Positions 17,071 to 27,051 of a stretch of 64,000 nucleotides of DNA are shown piece by piece. This DNA comes from Minisyncoccota bacterium (GTDB taxonomy: Bacteria > Patescibacteriota > Minisyncoccia > JBAYJV01), in assembly GCA_041664925.1 (NCBI GenBank), contig JBAYJV010000001.1:213438-277437 (forward strand), read 5' to 3'. The position numbers and the translations under genes are program-made. The notes beneath the pieces are model-generated. The model saw only the letters and a program-made list of their open reading frames with translations, had not been told where the DNA came from and made no database searches. Position 1 is the first letter of the stretch; each line of letters begins with the position of its first letter.

Positions 17071-17457
17071 TTAGGGTCTTTGAATGAATACTTCGCCGCT
17101 AATACTTTCGCCAGCTCGTTTAACCCATGAAAGAGGAATACCGTGAATGATTGTGCTATCTGTTGGTCTTTGACATGTCGTTGCCTTGGCTTCTCTTCCT
17201 GCGACCAATTCAGCAATCTGGCTAGATAGCATCCAAAGATCCATCAATGGATTTGCATCATCACTCTTCTGTAAAAGCACTTCGTCACCATGACCTTCCA
17301 CTGCGCCAATTACACAACTAGGTGAAATGTCTCTAAGACATAAGCCACTGCTTCGTTCTGTGGTATAAGCAACAACCTTTTCTCTTTTATTAAACCTAAC
17401 TAAATCATCTGGTCTGATAAAATAAAAAGTTCCGCATTTTCCCGATTGATTTTCCAT
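17071..17457 (-). CDS. hypothetical 128-aa protein (G+C-rich cassette gene)
   Basis: SD GAGGAGGAAAG-ATG; terminator hairpin at 17005-17040. Confidence 0.5.
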   Translation of the reverse strand: MENQSGKCGTFYFIRPDDLVRFNKREKVVAYTTERSSGLCLRDISPSCVIGAVEGHGDEVLLQKSDDANPLMDLWMLSSQIAELVAGREAKATTCQRPTDSTIIHGIPLSWVKRAGESISGEVFIQRP

Positions 17458-17536
17458 CTTTCCTCCTCGACTTTTCCTATTTGCTGAGCTTTTGAAGAAC
17501 TGTCAATATCTTAAATCAAAATTTATTGTGTGTCAA
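17458..17536 (-). promoter_or_regulatory. promoter TTGACA-17-TAAGAT with short leader (AGTTCTTCAAAAGCTCAGC...GTCGAGGAGG)
   Basis: about 90% identical over ~90 nt to 18085-18164. Confidence 0.6.
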
Positions 17537-17589
17537 GTCTAAAAGAAAAAAAAGGCGTAGCTCTTGCTACGCCCATCATGTTTTTGTGA

Positions 17590-18084
17590 CTATGTTTCAA
17601 TTTCAGCGCTTGCCTCTACGCCTTCACGCTGCGGCATCGCGCCTACAAAACGAGCAAGTCTCTCCAAGTATTCACGACAATCGACATGCGCAGATTTGCT
17701 TTCCGTCCCTTCGCTTTTGAATAATATAGTAGTACCATCGTCTTGATGCCTATAATCAACACGAGCACAACCCTCAGAATATTCAAAAATTACAATGCGA
17801 ACACCATTGTCAAGACAAAACAACGCGTAATCTTCGGCGACTACCCAACGAGATCTTTGACTACAAGTACCTGTAACAGACGGCTTCTTCTGAACTTCAA
17901 AGTACTGATTCTGTGCTCCATGTCTCTCTCTAGTATAGCCAACAATCCAATCAAAAGGAATGTCGCGCATACATACATGCCCCTTCTCTTCGTCTACCTG
18001 ACCAAGTGCTACTTCGCCTTTTAGCAAGTAGTCTACCTGATGAGGTAAAAAGTAAAGTCTCTCGATTGTCTGTGCGCTTCCCAT
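17590..18084 (-). CDS. hypothetical 164-aa protein (G+C-rich cassette gene, apparently unrelated to 17071-17457)
   Basis: same promoter-leader as the neighbouring gene; terminator hairpin 17549-17580. Confidence 0.5.
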   Translation of the reverse strand: MGSAQTIERLYFLPHQVDYLLKGEVALGQVDEEKGHVCMRDIPFDWIVGYTRERHGAQNQYFEVQKKPSVTGTCSQRSRWVVAEDYALFCLDNGVRIVIFEYSEGCARVDYRHQDDGTTILFKSEGTESKSAHVDCREYLERLARFVGAMPQREGVEASAEIET

Positions 18085-18164
18085 CTTTCCTCCTCGACTT
18101 TTCCTATGCGCTGAGCTTTTGAAGAACTATCAATATCCTAAGTTATAATTATTCAAATGTCAAG
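18085..18164 (-). promoter_or_regulatory. promoter TTGACA-17-TAGGAT with short leader, duplicate of 17458-17536
   Basis: direct reading. Confidence 0.6.
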
Positions 18165-18262
18165 CTAAAAACAAACAAATCGTATCAAATACGATTTATA
18201 GTTCTGATTAATTCATTCCTAATTCTTGATTCCTAATTCCAACTCGTTAACCCATTAACACG

Positions 18263-18706
18263 CTAACCCGTAACTTCTTTTCTGCAATACGGACAATGTT
18301 TCCATCCCTTTTTTATTGTTTTTCCACAATTGGGACAATGCTTAAAAATCTCACCTCCGCAAGAAGGACAGAAAACAAAGTTTTCTTTAATCTCAAGACC
18401 ACATTCGGGACAACCAAAAACATCTTGAGATAAATTTGAGAGTTCTTCTTCATAAGCCCTTTCTGATTTTGTCCTTGCTGGTCTGATTAAAAGATAGCCA
18501 AGTAATCCCGGCAAGTGAAAAAACAAAGGAAGAAGAATAACAAGATATTGAGATACCGATTTTTTATAGCGCCTTCTTGCGTCTTTGGCGACAAAGCTGA
18601 CTCCGCCTAACCAAACCACAACAAACAAAACCCAGAGTGAAGTTTTTAATATTTTAAAAAATTCACTTTTTGCTATTAAATCTAAAATTTGTTGAAACTC
18701 TTCCAT
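18263..18706 (-). CDS. membrane-anchored double zinc-ribbon protein
   Basis: TM helices followed by four CPxCG-type pairs at the C-terminus. Confidence 0.55.
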   Translation of the reverse strand: MEEFQQILDLIAKSEFFKILKTSLWVLFVVVWLGGVSFVAKDARRRYKKSVSQYLVILLPLFFHLPGLLGYLLIRPARTKSERAYEEELSNLSQDVFGCPECGLEIKENFVFCPSCGGEIFKHCPNCGKTIKKGWKHCPYCRKEVTG

Positions 18707-18707
18707 T

Positions 18708-20615
18708 TTATTGCTGAATCATAGACACAATTTCTTTGGGTGGATTTTCTATCGCGATTTTCATAATATCTGCCCACAGAGGAATAGCTAGCTGTAAACT
18801 ATCAACCGTGCTTTTTAAAAGAGAACTATCGTGATTCCCCAACCAGATGCCTACAATTATATCAGAATTATATCCAATTGCCCAAAAATCTCTTGGACCG
18901 TTACTGGTACCAGTTTTAACGCCGGTATTTTTTAAAATCGGATCGGCAGCAAATTTCTTAGTGGAAGAAAAATTATTTAAACTTTTTTTAAGAACGCTAT
19001 CTACTTCGCCAATCGCCTCTTTTGAAAAAATTTGACTTGAAGAAACTTCTGGATTTGCCATCAAAACCTTTCCGTTATTTTGTTTAACTCTGGCAAAATA
19101 ATTCGGCTTGAAACATTTTCCTTCGTTCGCTAGTGCAGTATAAGCCGAGGTAATATCAAGTAAACTTGCCGAAGCTCCGCCGATTGCCATTGAAAGACCC
19201 GCTTCTTTATTAAGATTTAAATGACAACTTGAAAGCGCATCTGTGAATCTTTTGGTGCCAATCTTTTCAAGAGTTGCAACTGCAGGAAGATTTAATGAAT
19301 TCACTAAAGCAGATTCTAGAGTTACTTTTCCTCTGAAATAGCCGCTAAAATTTTTCGGCTTATAGCCATTAAAATCCATAGGCTTGTCTTCAAGAATAGT
19401 TTTTTTTGTCCAGCCAAGATCCTGAATTGCCAAGGAATAAAGAAACGGTTTAAGAGTTGATCCCGGCTGCCTCAATGAAATTGCGCCGTTGTGCTGACCA
19501 TATTCTTCTTGATAAAAATCAGGAGAACCGACCATCGCCAAAACATCACCATTTTTCGCATTAATCACAACCACCGAACCATCATCAATTAAATATGGTT
19601 TCTTATATTTACTAATGGCATTTTTAAGAATTTTCTCTGTTTTTTCTTGAAGATTTAAATCAATAGTCGTTACAATTTCAAGACCTTCATTGATAGATTC
19701 TTCTGAAAAAATATTTTTGACATTATCTAAAACATAAAAGGAAAAATGAGGCGCCAAAACTTCTTTTTTTTCGCTTTGAAAATTTATTGGCTCCTTTTTT
19801 GCTTTATTTAATTCAAATTCATCAATAACACCCCTTTCTTTCATCAAATTTAATAATTCTTCTTTCTTTTTTGAAAGCTCTTCAGGATGATCGTAAGGAA
19901 AGAGACTATTGGGTGATCTAGGAATAGGCGCGATTGTTGCTGATTCAGCTAATGTTAAAAATTGAGCAGATTTTCCAAAAAAAGCGCGACTCGCCGCTTC
20001 AATGCCATAAATATTTGAACCAAAAGGAATTTTGTTTAAATAAAATTCTAGGATTTCCTTTTTAGAATATTTTCTTTCTATCTCACGAGCAAGAATCATT
20101 TCCTTTATTTTTCTTGAATAGCTGACGTCGCGTGTCAAAAAGAAATTAGTCGCAAGCTGTTGAGTGATAGTGCTCGCCCCGCTAATAACCCTCTTGTAAT
20201 AAAAGTTTTGCCAAAGGGCTCTGATGTTCGCCCAGAAATCAACACCAGAATGAGTGAAAAAATATTGATCCTCAGCCACCAAAATTGCCTTAAGAAAATA
20301 CGGTGAAACATTTTCAACTTTTGTGTAAATTCTTTGCTCGTCGCCAACTTCTTCATAAAGCAGTTTTCCTTCCCTGTCGTAGATATGGGTAATCGTTGGG
20401 TAATCCTCCTTAGTGATCTTAACTTCCGGAAGATCCTTGGAATAATATTCATAGACCTTATCTAGTATAGTCATTCCTAAGAAATTAATGCCGACAATGA
20501 GCAAAGTCACAAAACCTAAAAGTATGAAAAATTTGGGAAGCCAAAAAGAAAGACCCTTTGATTGTTTCGGTAAATATTTTCTTTTAAGAAGAATTTTTCG
20601 TTTTTTGCGTTGCAT
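18708..20615 (-). CDS. class A penicillin-binding protein (glycosyltransferase GT51 + transpeptidase)
   Basis: AEDQYFFTHSGVD GT51 motif; RQPGSTLKP SxxK transpeptidase motif; N-terminal TM. Confidence 0.8.
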   Translation of the reverse strand: MQRKKRKILLKRKYLPKQSKGLSFWLPKFFILLGFVTLLIVGINFLGMTILDKVYEYYSKDLPEVKITKEDYPTITHIYDREGKLLYEEVGDEQRIYTKVENVSPYFLKAILVAEDQYFFTHSGVDFWANIRALWQNFYYKRVISGASTITQQLATNFFLTRDVSYSRKIKEMILAREIERKYSKKEILEFYLNKIPFGSNIYGIEAASRAFFGKSAQFLTLAESATIAPIPRSPNSLFPYDHPEELSKKKEELLNLMKERGVIDEFELNKAKKEPINFQSEKKEVLAPHFSFYVLDNVKNIFSEESINEGLEIVTTIDLNLQEKTEKILKNAISKYKKPYLIDDGSVVVINAKNGDVLAMVGSPDFYQEEYGQHNGAISLRQPGSTLKPFLYSLAIQDLGWTKKTILEDKPMDFNGYKPKNFSGYFRGKVTLESALVNSLNLPAVATLEKIGTKRFTDALSSCHLNLNKEAGLSMAIGGASASLLDITSAYTALANEGKCFKPNYFARVKQNNGKVLMANPEVSSSQIFSKEAIGEVDSVLKKSLNNFSSTKKFAADPILKNTGVKTGTSNGPRDFWAIGYNSDIIVGIWLGNHDSSLLKSTVDSLQLAIPLWADIMKIAIENPPKEIVSMIQQ

Positions 20616-20744
20616 AGGGCTTGCGATTATGGTTCACTTCGTTTATTATATAATATGTTAGATTTTTCTGCCAAGAAATCGCAAAGCAATTGCGCGGCTT
20701 GAAAAATCTTTATATTAGAGAATCTCTGTTATAATTATAATAAT

Positions 20745-20879
20745 ATGATAAAAGGATCAAGACAACAAACAATAAAGAGAAAAAGAAAGTTTGGTTTTCT
20801 CAAACGAAGTCTCACAAAAGCCGGACGAGAAGTTTTGGCGCGTCGCAGAAGAAAGGGAAGGGCGAAGTTAACTGTTTAA
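20745..20879 (+). CDS. rpmH: 50S ribosomal protein L34 (44 aa, below the ORF-track cutoff)
   Basis: [44 protein letters not shown]; classical position upstream of rnpA. Confidence 0.8.
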   Translation: MIKGSRQQTIKRKRKFGFLKRSLTKAGREVLARRRRKGRAKLTV

Positions 20880-20902
20880 TTCTCGCTCTGTGGCGACATT
20901 CT

Positions 20903-21250
20903 ATGTTAAAAAAGAAATACCGTCTTTCAAAAAAAGACTTTGAAACTGCTTTGAGAAAAAAAGGGACTTATCTAAAAGTAGATTTTTTGAAGTTCAAAGT
21001 AATTTACAATAATTTGGAAACAAGTCGTTTCGGTGTTTCTTGTGGTGTCAAGATTTCAAAGAAAGCAGTTATGCGTAATCAAATTAAGCGCCGCATTAAC
21101 GAGTCTTTAAGACTCAATTTTTCTTCTATAAGACTTGGTTTTGATGTCCTGGTGATGCCAGATCCAATTGTTATCGAAAAAACTTACCAAGATATAGATA
21201 AAGCAATTTTGGAATTCATAAAAATATTAAATACTGGCAGCTCCAGTTAA
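20903..21250 (+). CDS. rnpA: ribonuclease P protein component
   Basis: basic RnpA-like protein with RNQIKRRI motif; rpmH-rnpA-yidC synteny. Confidence 0.75.
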   Translation: MLKKKYRLSKKDFETALRKKGTYLKVDFLKFKVIYNNLETSRFGVSCGVKISKKAVMRNQIKRRINESLRLNFSSIRLGFDVLVMPDPIVIEKTYQDIDKAILEFIKILNTGSSS

Positions 21251-21326
21251 TATTTACCAATTACCAGCTACTGATTACCGATATTACTACTACTTAATAC
21301 TTATTACTTAATACTTAGTTTAATAT

Positions 21327-22157
21327 ATGTCCCTCTATAGCACTTTCATTCTACATCCCATCGCAAACCTAATGGTTTTGATATATAACTATCTTCCTAT
21401 TAAAGATCTAGGTTTAACGATTATTATTTTGACTATTATTATTCGACTTTTATTGTTGCCCTTATCCTATAAAGCCGCAAGAACACAAAGAGAAATCACT
21501 AAAATCCAACCAAGGCTTAAAGAAATCCAAAAGCAATACAAGGATAATCGCGAAGAACAGGCAAAGCTTTTGATGGCTCTCTATAAAGAGCACAAAATTA
21601 ACCCTCTGTCTGGTATTATTCCAATCTTAATTCAATTACCAATTCTGTTTGCCCTTTATCGTAGTTTTATGATGTTGATCAAGGGAACAGCGGCTATAGG
21701 TTCTAGTTTAGGCGCTTTAGTCGCCACCACGACAACTTCAACAATTGCTGTAATTTCTACCACAACACCTGCTATTGCTTCATTACTATATAGTTTTGTT
21801 GTCGATCCTGGCACAATTAATCCGACATTTTTGGGCTTAGTTGATTTATCTCAAAGAAATATACCGCTAGCAATAATTACGGGTCTTTTGCAGTTTGCCC
21901 TTTCCAAAATGATTGCCGGAGGAGCCCAGAAAACAAAAAGTGGTGATAAAAAATCTCCCAGTATTGGCAACATGATGGGAACCCAAATGACCTATATTTT
22001 GCCGGCCATGACTGTTTTGTTTGCTCTTCAATTACCTGCCGGCCTTCCCCTTTATTGGGCAACTACAACCCTTTTTAGTCTTGGTGAGCAGTTCTGGATA
22101 AAAAGAAAACATCCTGATCAATTAATAAAAAACGACCAAGAAATAAAAGCTTTATAA
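21327..22157 (+). CDS. yidC: membrane protein insertase YidC (short form)
   Basis: KAARTQREITKIQPRLKEIQKQYKDNREEQAKLLMALYKEHKINP motif region; 5 TM. Confidence 0.75.
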   Translation: MSLYSTFILHPIANLMVLIYNYLPIKDLGLTIIILTIIIRLLLLPLSYKAARTQREITKIQPRLKEIQKQYKDNREEQAKLLMALYKEHKINPLSGIIPILIQLPILFALYRSFMMLIKGTAAIGSSLGALVATTTTSTIAVISTTTPAIASLLYSFVVDPGTINPTFLGLVDLSQRNIPLAIITGLLQFALSKMIAGGAQKTKSGDKKSPSIGNMMGTQMTYILPAMTVLFALQLPAGLPLYWATTTLFSLGEQFWIKRKHPDQLIKNDQEIKAL

Positions 22158-22167
22158 ATTTAGTGTT

Positions 22168-23586
22168 ATGAGCGTTTTTCGTAAAATTACCCTAAATACT
22201 TTAATTGCCTCTGGAGCGAAAATAATTGATACTGTTTTCGCTCTGTTTTTAATTGCGCTTTTAACTCGTTATTTGGGCACAGAAGGATATGGTAAGTACA
22301 CGACAATCATTGCTTATGTCAACATTTTTATCACTTTTGCGAATCTGGGACTTTACAACATTCTTCTTAGAGATATTGGCAAACCGGGAGCTGACGAAAG
22401 CGAGCTTTCAAGTATTGCTTTTACTCTAAGATTTGTCGCTGGACTAATTATTGTTCCCGTATCGATTTTGATTGCTTTTCTTTTGCCATACCCGCCCATC
22501 TTAAAAATCGGCATCACTATCGCAGGCTTATCAACACTTTTTCTTTCTCTCTATCAGGTTCTTGTGCCTATTTTTCAAAAACATTTCAAAATTATTTATG
22601 TATCGATGGCGGAACTCGCCAATCGAATTATTTATTTAGGCCTTGCCTTTGTCCTTTTTACAAAATTTAATAGTGGTCTTATTCCTATTGTTTGGGCAAT
22701 GGTCATTGCAAGTTTTGTAAATTTCATTTTGGTTTTTTGTTTCGCTCAGCGCTTTACTAAAGTTAAAATTAGTTTTGATTGGAAAAAGTGGAAGCTTCTT
22801 TTAAAAGAAGCTCTTCCTATTGGAGCATCAATTATTTTCACTCTCATTTATTTCAGAATTGACACTGTTATGCTTTCGATCATGAAACCAGCAGGAGATG
22901 TGGGCATCTATGGTCTTGCTTATAAAATTCTAGAAAACCTCATATTTTTCCCTGCAATGTTTGTTGGTTTTGTTGTACCAGTTTTATCTCGTTATTATGT
23001 CGAAGATCTTCAAAAATTTAAAGAAACCTTCCAAAAAGTTTTCAATATTTTCATTTTAGGAATTGTACCTCTCGTGATTGGCTTAATTTTTACGGCCTCC
23101 CCGATTGTAAGGCTTTTAGGAGGAGAACCTTTTATGGCTGCCTCACCAGTTCTTCAAATTCTCTCAGTCGCGGTCGGTTTCATTTTCCTAGGAAGCCTTT
23201 ATGGACAAGGAGTGATTATTATAAAAAAACAATTCGTCGGTATGTGGATTTATATGGCTGGCGCTATTTTTAACATTCTTATTAATCTTTATTTTATTCC
23301 TCGTTTTTCTTATACAGGCGCCGCTATCACCACCGCCCTGACTGAATTGTTTATTACAATTTCTTTAATTTGGATAGTGAGTCGAAAAACCCATTTCTTT
23401 CCATCGCTTAAAATTTTCTCTAAAGCTTTCTTGGCAATTCTTCCTGTAATTATTTTTCTTTACCTGTTTGGAAATTTGCATATTATTTTATTAGTCGCTA
23501 TAAGCGCTATTATTTATTCCGCCGTTGTGCTTTTATTGGGAGGGATCTCTAAAAAAGATATTAAACTTTTCTTGCATCACGCTTAA
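22168..23586 (+). CDS. polysaccharide flippase (Wzx/MOP superfamily)
   Basis: 472 aa, about 12-14 TM helices, typical N-terminal region. Confidence 0.6.
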   Translation: MSVFRKITLNTLIASGAKIIDTVFALFLIALLTRYLGTEGYGKYTTIIAYVNIFITFANLGLYNILLRDIGKPGADESELSSIAFTLRFVAGLIIVPVSILIAFLLPYPPILKIGITIAGLSTLFLSLYQVLVPIFQKHFKIIYVSMAELANRIIYLGLAFVLFTKFNSGLIPIVWAMVIASFVNFILVFCFAQRFTKVKISFDWKKWKLLLKEALPIGASIIFTLIYFRIDTVMLSIMKPAGDVGIYGLAYKILENLIFFPAMFVGFVVPVLSRYYVEDLQKFKETFQKVFNIFILGIVPLVIGLIFTASPIVRLLGGEPFMAASPVLQILSVAVGFIFLGSLYGQGVIIIKKQFVGMWIYMAGAIFNILINLYFIPRFSYTGAAITTALTELFITISLIWIVSRKTHFFPSLKIFSKAFLAILPVIIFLYLFGNLHIILLVAISAIIYSAVVLLLGGISKKDIKLFLHHA

Positions 23587-23587
23587 T

Positions 23588-24922
23588 ATGAAAAAGGTCC
23601 TTCTTTTCTTTTTTTTCTTTCTGCCATTTCAATTCGCCTTGAACCCTGCGCCCGGAATTGATTTAAGTATAGCAAGACTTTTTATTGTTCTTGCTTTTTT
23701 TGTTTGGCTCATCAAAGGATTAATTAAAAACGGAGTCAAGATTTCTCATAATTATATAACCTGGGGACTTTTAATTTTCTTGTCCTTTGGATTGTTGTCT
23801 TTCATTAAAGCCGAGGAAACGGGCTGGGCGATAAGAAAGTTCTTGGTCTTTCTTTCGATTTTTCCTCTTTATTTTTTGGTTTCATCTGTCTTTCAAAAAA
23901 AAGATTTTTCAAAACTCAGTCTTTCTTTAATAATTTCAAGTACTATTGTTGGTTTTTTGGGAATCCTCCAATTTTTAAGTCAATTTATTCTTGGTCCAGA
24001 TGCCGTTTTCAATTTTTGGTCAAAATATCTAGCAAGATTTTTCTTGGGAGAATCTTTCGGTCAAGCGGTTGTTGCTAATCCTAGCTGGTGGGTAAATATT
24101 GGGGGACACACTTTGCTTCGCGCTACTTCAGTTTTTCCTGATCCTCACATGCTTTCTTTTTTTCTAGGCATGATTCTTCCCTTATTTATTCCGTTGATAA
24201 TAAAGAAGCGCCAGTCCTTAAAATTACCTTGGCTTTATGGGTTTATGGCTAGTATAGTTTTTGTCGCTTTGATTTTGACATTTTCTCGTGGCGGTTACAT
24301 TGGACTTTTGGTTTCAGGATTATGGCTCCTGTTTTATTTATTCTCTAATCGCTTAAATGAATTTGGTAAAAAGCAAAAAATAGGATTAGTTTTTATTGCC
24401 TGTATTTTATTATTAATAATCTTTTTTGTTCCTTCGGTAAAAGAACGACTTTTTTCAAGCCTGAATTTTGAGGAAGGATCAGTGGCTGGAAGACTAGAAA
24501 TTTGGCATCAAGCTTTTTCGGTTTGGCTTAAAAATTTTTGGCTAGGGGTAGGCATAGGCAATTATTCATATTATCTAAATCCACTTTACGAATACCGCCT
24601 GCCCGTTTACGCCCATAATACTTATTTGGATATTGCTGTTGAAATGGGAATTTTTGGGTTAATCGCTTGGCTTTCAGTTTTTGTCTATACATTTTATAAA
24701 TTAATAAAACTCCAATGGTTGAAAGTTGAAAATTTTCAGCCCAAAGCTGGTCGTCCTTGGGACGAAAGGTTTAAGGTACAGAGCGCCGCTCTGATTGCTT
24801 CTTTAATGTATTTTTCAGCGCATGCCCTTTTCGACACTCCTATTTATTCTCCTCAAATTCTCCCTCTTTTAATAATAATCTTGGGGCTAACAAGTATTAT
24901 GATTACAAAAGAAAAAACATGA
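23588..24922 (+). CDS. O-antigen ligase/polymerase-like membrane protein
   Basis: YAHNTYLDIAVEMGIFGL Wzy_C-type motif; start at MKKVLLFF. Confidence 0.55.
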   Translation: MKKVLLFFFFFLPFQFALNPAPGIDLSIARLFIVLAFFVWLIKGLIKNGVKISHNYITWGLLIFLSFGLLSFIKAEETGWAIRKFLVFLSIFPLYFLVSSVFQKKDFSKLSLSLIISSTIVGFLGILQFLSQFILGPDAVFNFWSKYLARFFLGESFGQAVVANPSWWVNIGGHTLLRATSVFPDPHMLSFFLGMILPLFIPLIIKKRQSLKLPWLYGFMASIVFVALILTFSRGGYIGLLVSGLWLLFYLFSNRLNEFGKKQKIGLVFIACILLLIIFFVPSVKERLFSSLNFEEGSVAGRLEIWHQAFSVWLKNFWLGVGIGNYSYYLNPLYEYRLPVYAHNTYLDIAVEMGIFGLIAWLSVFVYTFYKLIKLQWLKVENFQPKAGRPWDERFKVQSAALIASLMYFSAHALFDTPIYSPQILPLLIIILGLTSIMITKEKT

Positions 24923-25090
24923 TTCATGTGTCATTCCGTACTTGATACGGAATCCAGAAACTTTGTCATTCTAAAACCCCGCACCAATATATGGTGCGGG
25001 GTTATTGATTCTGTATTTCTTCACTTCGCTCAGAAACACAATCAATAAAAAGACCAGCCCTAGGCTGGTCTTGCTTCTTATATACTGATA

Positions 25091-25876
25091 CTAAACGTGT
25101 TCGCCTCCTCCCCTTAATCCAACGCGTCTCCGTCTTTTTTCATCAGCTTTTCTTTTTTCTTTCTTTTCTTCTTGTAGCGTCCAAAGGAAAAGATAAGTTG
25201 CGATTCTTACTTGTTTTAATGCTTGACTGAAAAGAAAATGATCTTGTTCTTGTTCTAATCTTCTTTCAAAAACTGCCTTAACTTCTGTAAGGAAGTTTTG
25301 ATTTTCGCTAGTGTTTACATGATCATAAAGCATCATTATGGCATCTTCCTGAGAAGGATTATCCAATAAATCAATCCCGTATCCATTTTTGATAAAAACA
25401 TCAATTACTATTCGCCTAATGGTCAAATTTCTTGTTGTCTCAAATAAATCTATTAAAAATTTCTTTACAATGCCTCTATTAGGGTTAACAAGTCCCGTGT
25501 GGTTTCTTAAACATTTCAACAATTCTGTAATGGCCTCTGTCTGTAGTTCAGACCATCTTTCTGGATAAAACATATCTCCAAAATTACATCCCATCAAGTC
25601 TTCCAAGAGATGATGAGTTAGACAAACAAGCGTCTGTTTATTACCAGCATTTGCGTAGGCAACATAAATTCTTATCCTTTGCCATCTTTCATTTATCGTT
25701 AAGTCTCTAACCTGCGCCATTTTAAAGAACAATCCATCGGCTGTTTCCTGGCAATCTGTTTTCTTTATTTCCTCTGAAAACACATCTAAGGAACTCTCTC
25801 CTGGATGCCGAACACCCCAGTCAAAACCTTTTCTGAATGTTTTGACCGCTACCGGCTCGATCGCCTTACCTGTTTG
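25091..25876 (-). CDS. hypothetical 262-aa protein (G+C-richer orphan; start MQTGKAIEP after GGAG)
   Basis: promoter TTGACA-17-TAGGAT about 25905-25933 on the minus strand; terminator hairpin 25040-25075. Confidence 0.5.
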   Translation of the reverse strand, partial: QTGKAIEPVAVKTFRKGFDWGVRHPGESSLDVFSEEIKKTDCQETADGLFFKMAQVRDLTINERWQRIRIYVAYANAGNKQTLVCLTHHLLEDLMGCNFGDMFYPERWSELQTEAITELLKCLRNHTGLVNPNRGIVKKFLIDLFETTRNLTIRRIVIDVFIKNGYGIDLLDNPSQEDAIMMLYDHVNTSENQNFLTEVKAVFERRLEQEQDHFLFSQALKQVRIATYLFLWTLQEEKKEKRKADEKRRRRVGLRGGGEHV

Positions 25877-25973
25877 CATTGCTTTCTCCTTTTCCTCGCC
25901 CGCCATTCTCGGCAGACATCTATATCCTATGTTATTTAACAAAAATTGTCAAGTATTATATAGTGAAAACAAA

Positions 25974-25998
25974 ATGTACGAGGTTGAATCTCGTACAT
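25974..25998 (-). terminator. terminator hairpin ATGTACGAGAttcaaCCTCGTACAT for the pgeF-like gene; same stem as 6034-6058
   Basis: direct reading; T-rich on the minus strand. Confidence 0.6.
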
Positions 25999-26018
25999 TT
26001 TTATGGTTATAAAAATTA

Positions 26019-27032
26019 TTATTCGGTCTCTGATTTTTTTAACGCCATAAGAAAGGCGAAAGAATCTCTTTTTTCCTGTCCTTCGAGGCGCTCCGAAGGA
26101 AACAGTTTGTTCCCTTTTTCGCTCATTGTTGAATATCCAGAAACCTGAATATGTTCTTCTAGCACGCCCGCTTTAAGTAAAGAAGTTTTAATCGCAAGAC
26201 CGGTATCAAGGAAATAAAATCCGGGTTTTTCCGGTCGAGCCTTAAAGAATGTTGCGACTTCTTCTGGGGTATAAATCGGATTTTCTTCTTCGTCTTTTGC
26301 GCCAATAAATTCATTATAAACCTTTTGGTCTACTTCAAAATCTTCTCCGCCAGCGCGAGGACCAATTACTACCAAAAGATCTTCTGGTTTTGATCCATAA
26401 TGTTTGCACATAGCCTCAACACCTTTGCGAGAAATCTGCTTTAGTGTTCCTTTCCAGCCAGAATGAAAAGCTCCAATCGCTTCATTTGTTGGATCATAAA
26501 TTCCAACCGGCGCGCAGTCAGCCGCTACAACCATAAGAGGAATCTCTCTAAGATTAGTAATCATACCGTCAGCTAAAACTCTGGCGCGCTCTTTTTTATC
26601 TTTGGCCAAACATTCTTCATCAATAACGGCGATATTATTTCCATGTTCAAGCGCAGTTTTTTGAATATTATGAGGGTCAACTCCCGGAGCAATTCTTCGC
26701 AAGGCATTGATGATAATTCGACCAGCGCTAATTTTATCTTTCCTTTTTTTAGGATCTTCTTTGTCAAATCTTTCATCAAATCGATCTTGGGGTGCCGTAA
26801 TTCTAATCCTTTCATTTTCCCGATCAAGAATTCTTTTTAATTCTTTTGTTGTCGCGCCTACCCCTAAGCGATCTTTAAACTTTTCAAAAATCGAAGCTTT
26901 CCAAACCCCATCCCTAATGACCTCTCTATCATTTTCAATTTCTTCTTTGATTTCTTCATTGATTTCAATTGTCGAATCTTCTTGTATTGGATCTTCTTCC
27001 ATTCTAATTTCTGGTTGTTGTTCAAATGACAT
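26019..27032 (-). CDS. peptidoglycan editing factor PgeF/YfiH family (Cu-oxidase_4) with ~100-aa acidic N-terminal extension
   Basis: ADCAPVGIYDP...AFHSGWKGT motifs. Confidence 0.7.
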   Translation of the reverse strand: MSFEQQPEIRMEEDPIQEDSTIEINEEIKEEIENDREVIRDGVWKASIFEKFKDRLGVGATTKELKRILDRENERIRITAPQDRFDERFDKEDPKKRKDKISAGRIIINALRRIAPGVDPHNIQKTALEHGNNIAVIDEECLAKDKKERARVLADGMITNLREIPLMVVAADCAPVGIYDPTNEAIGAFHSGWKGTLKQISRKGVEAMCKHYGSKPEDLLVVIGPRAGGEDFEVDQKVYNEFIGAKDEEENPIYTPEEVATFFKARPEKPGFYFLDTGLAIKTSLLKAGVLEEHIQVSGYSTMSEKGNKLFPSERLEGQEKRDSFAFLMALKKSETE

Positions 27033-27051
27033 AGTGAGTTAGTTAGTTTCG

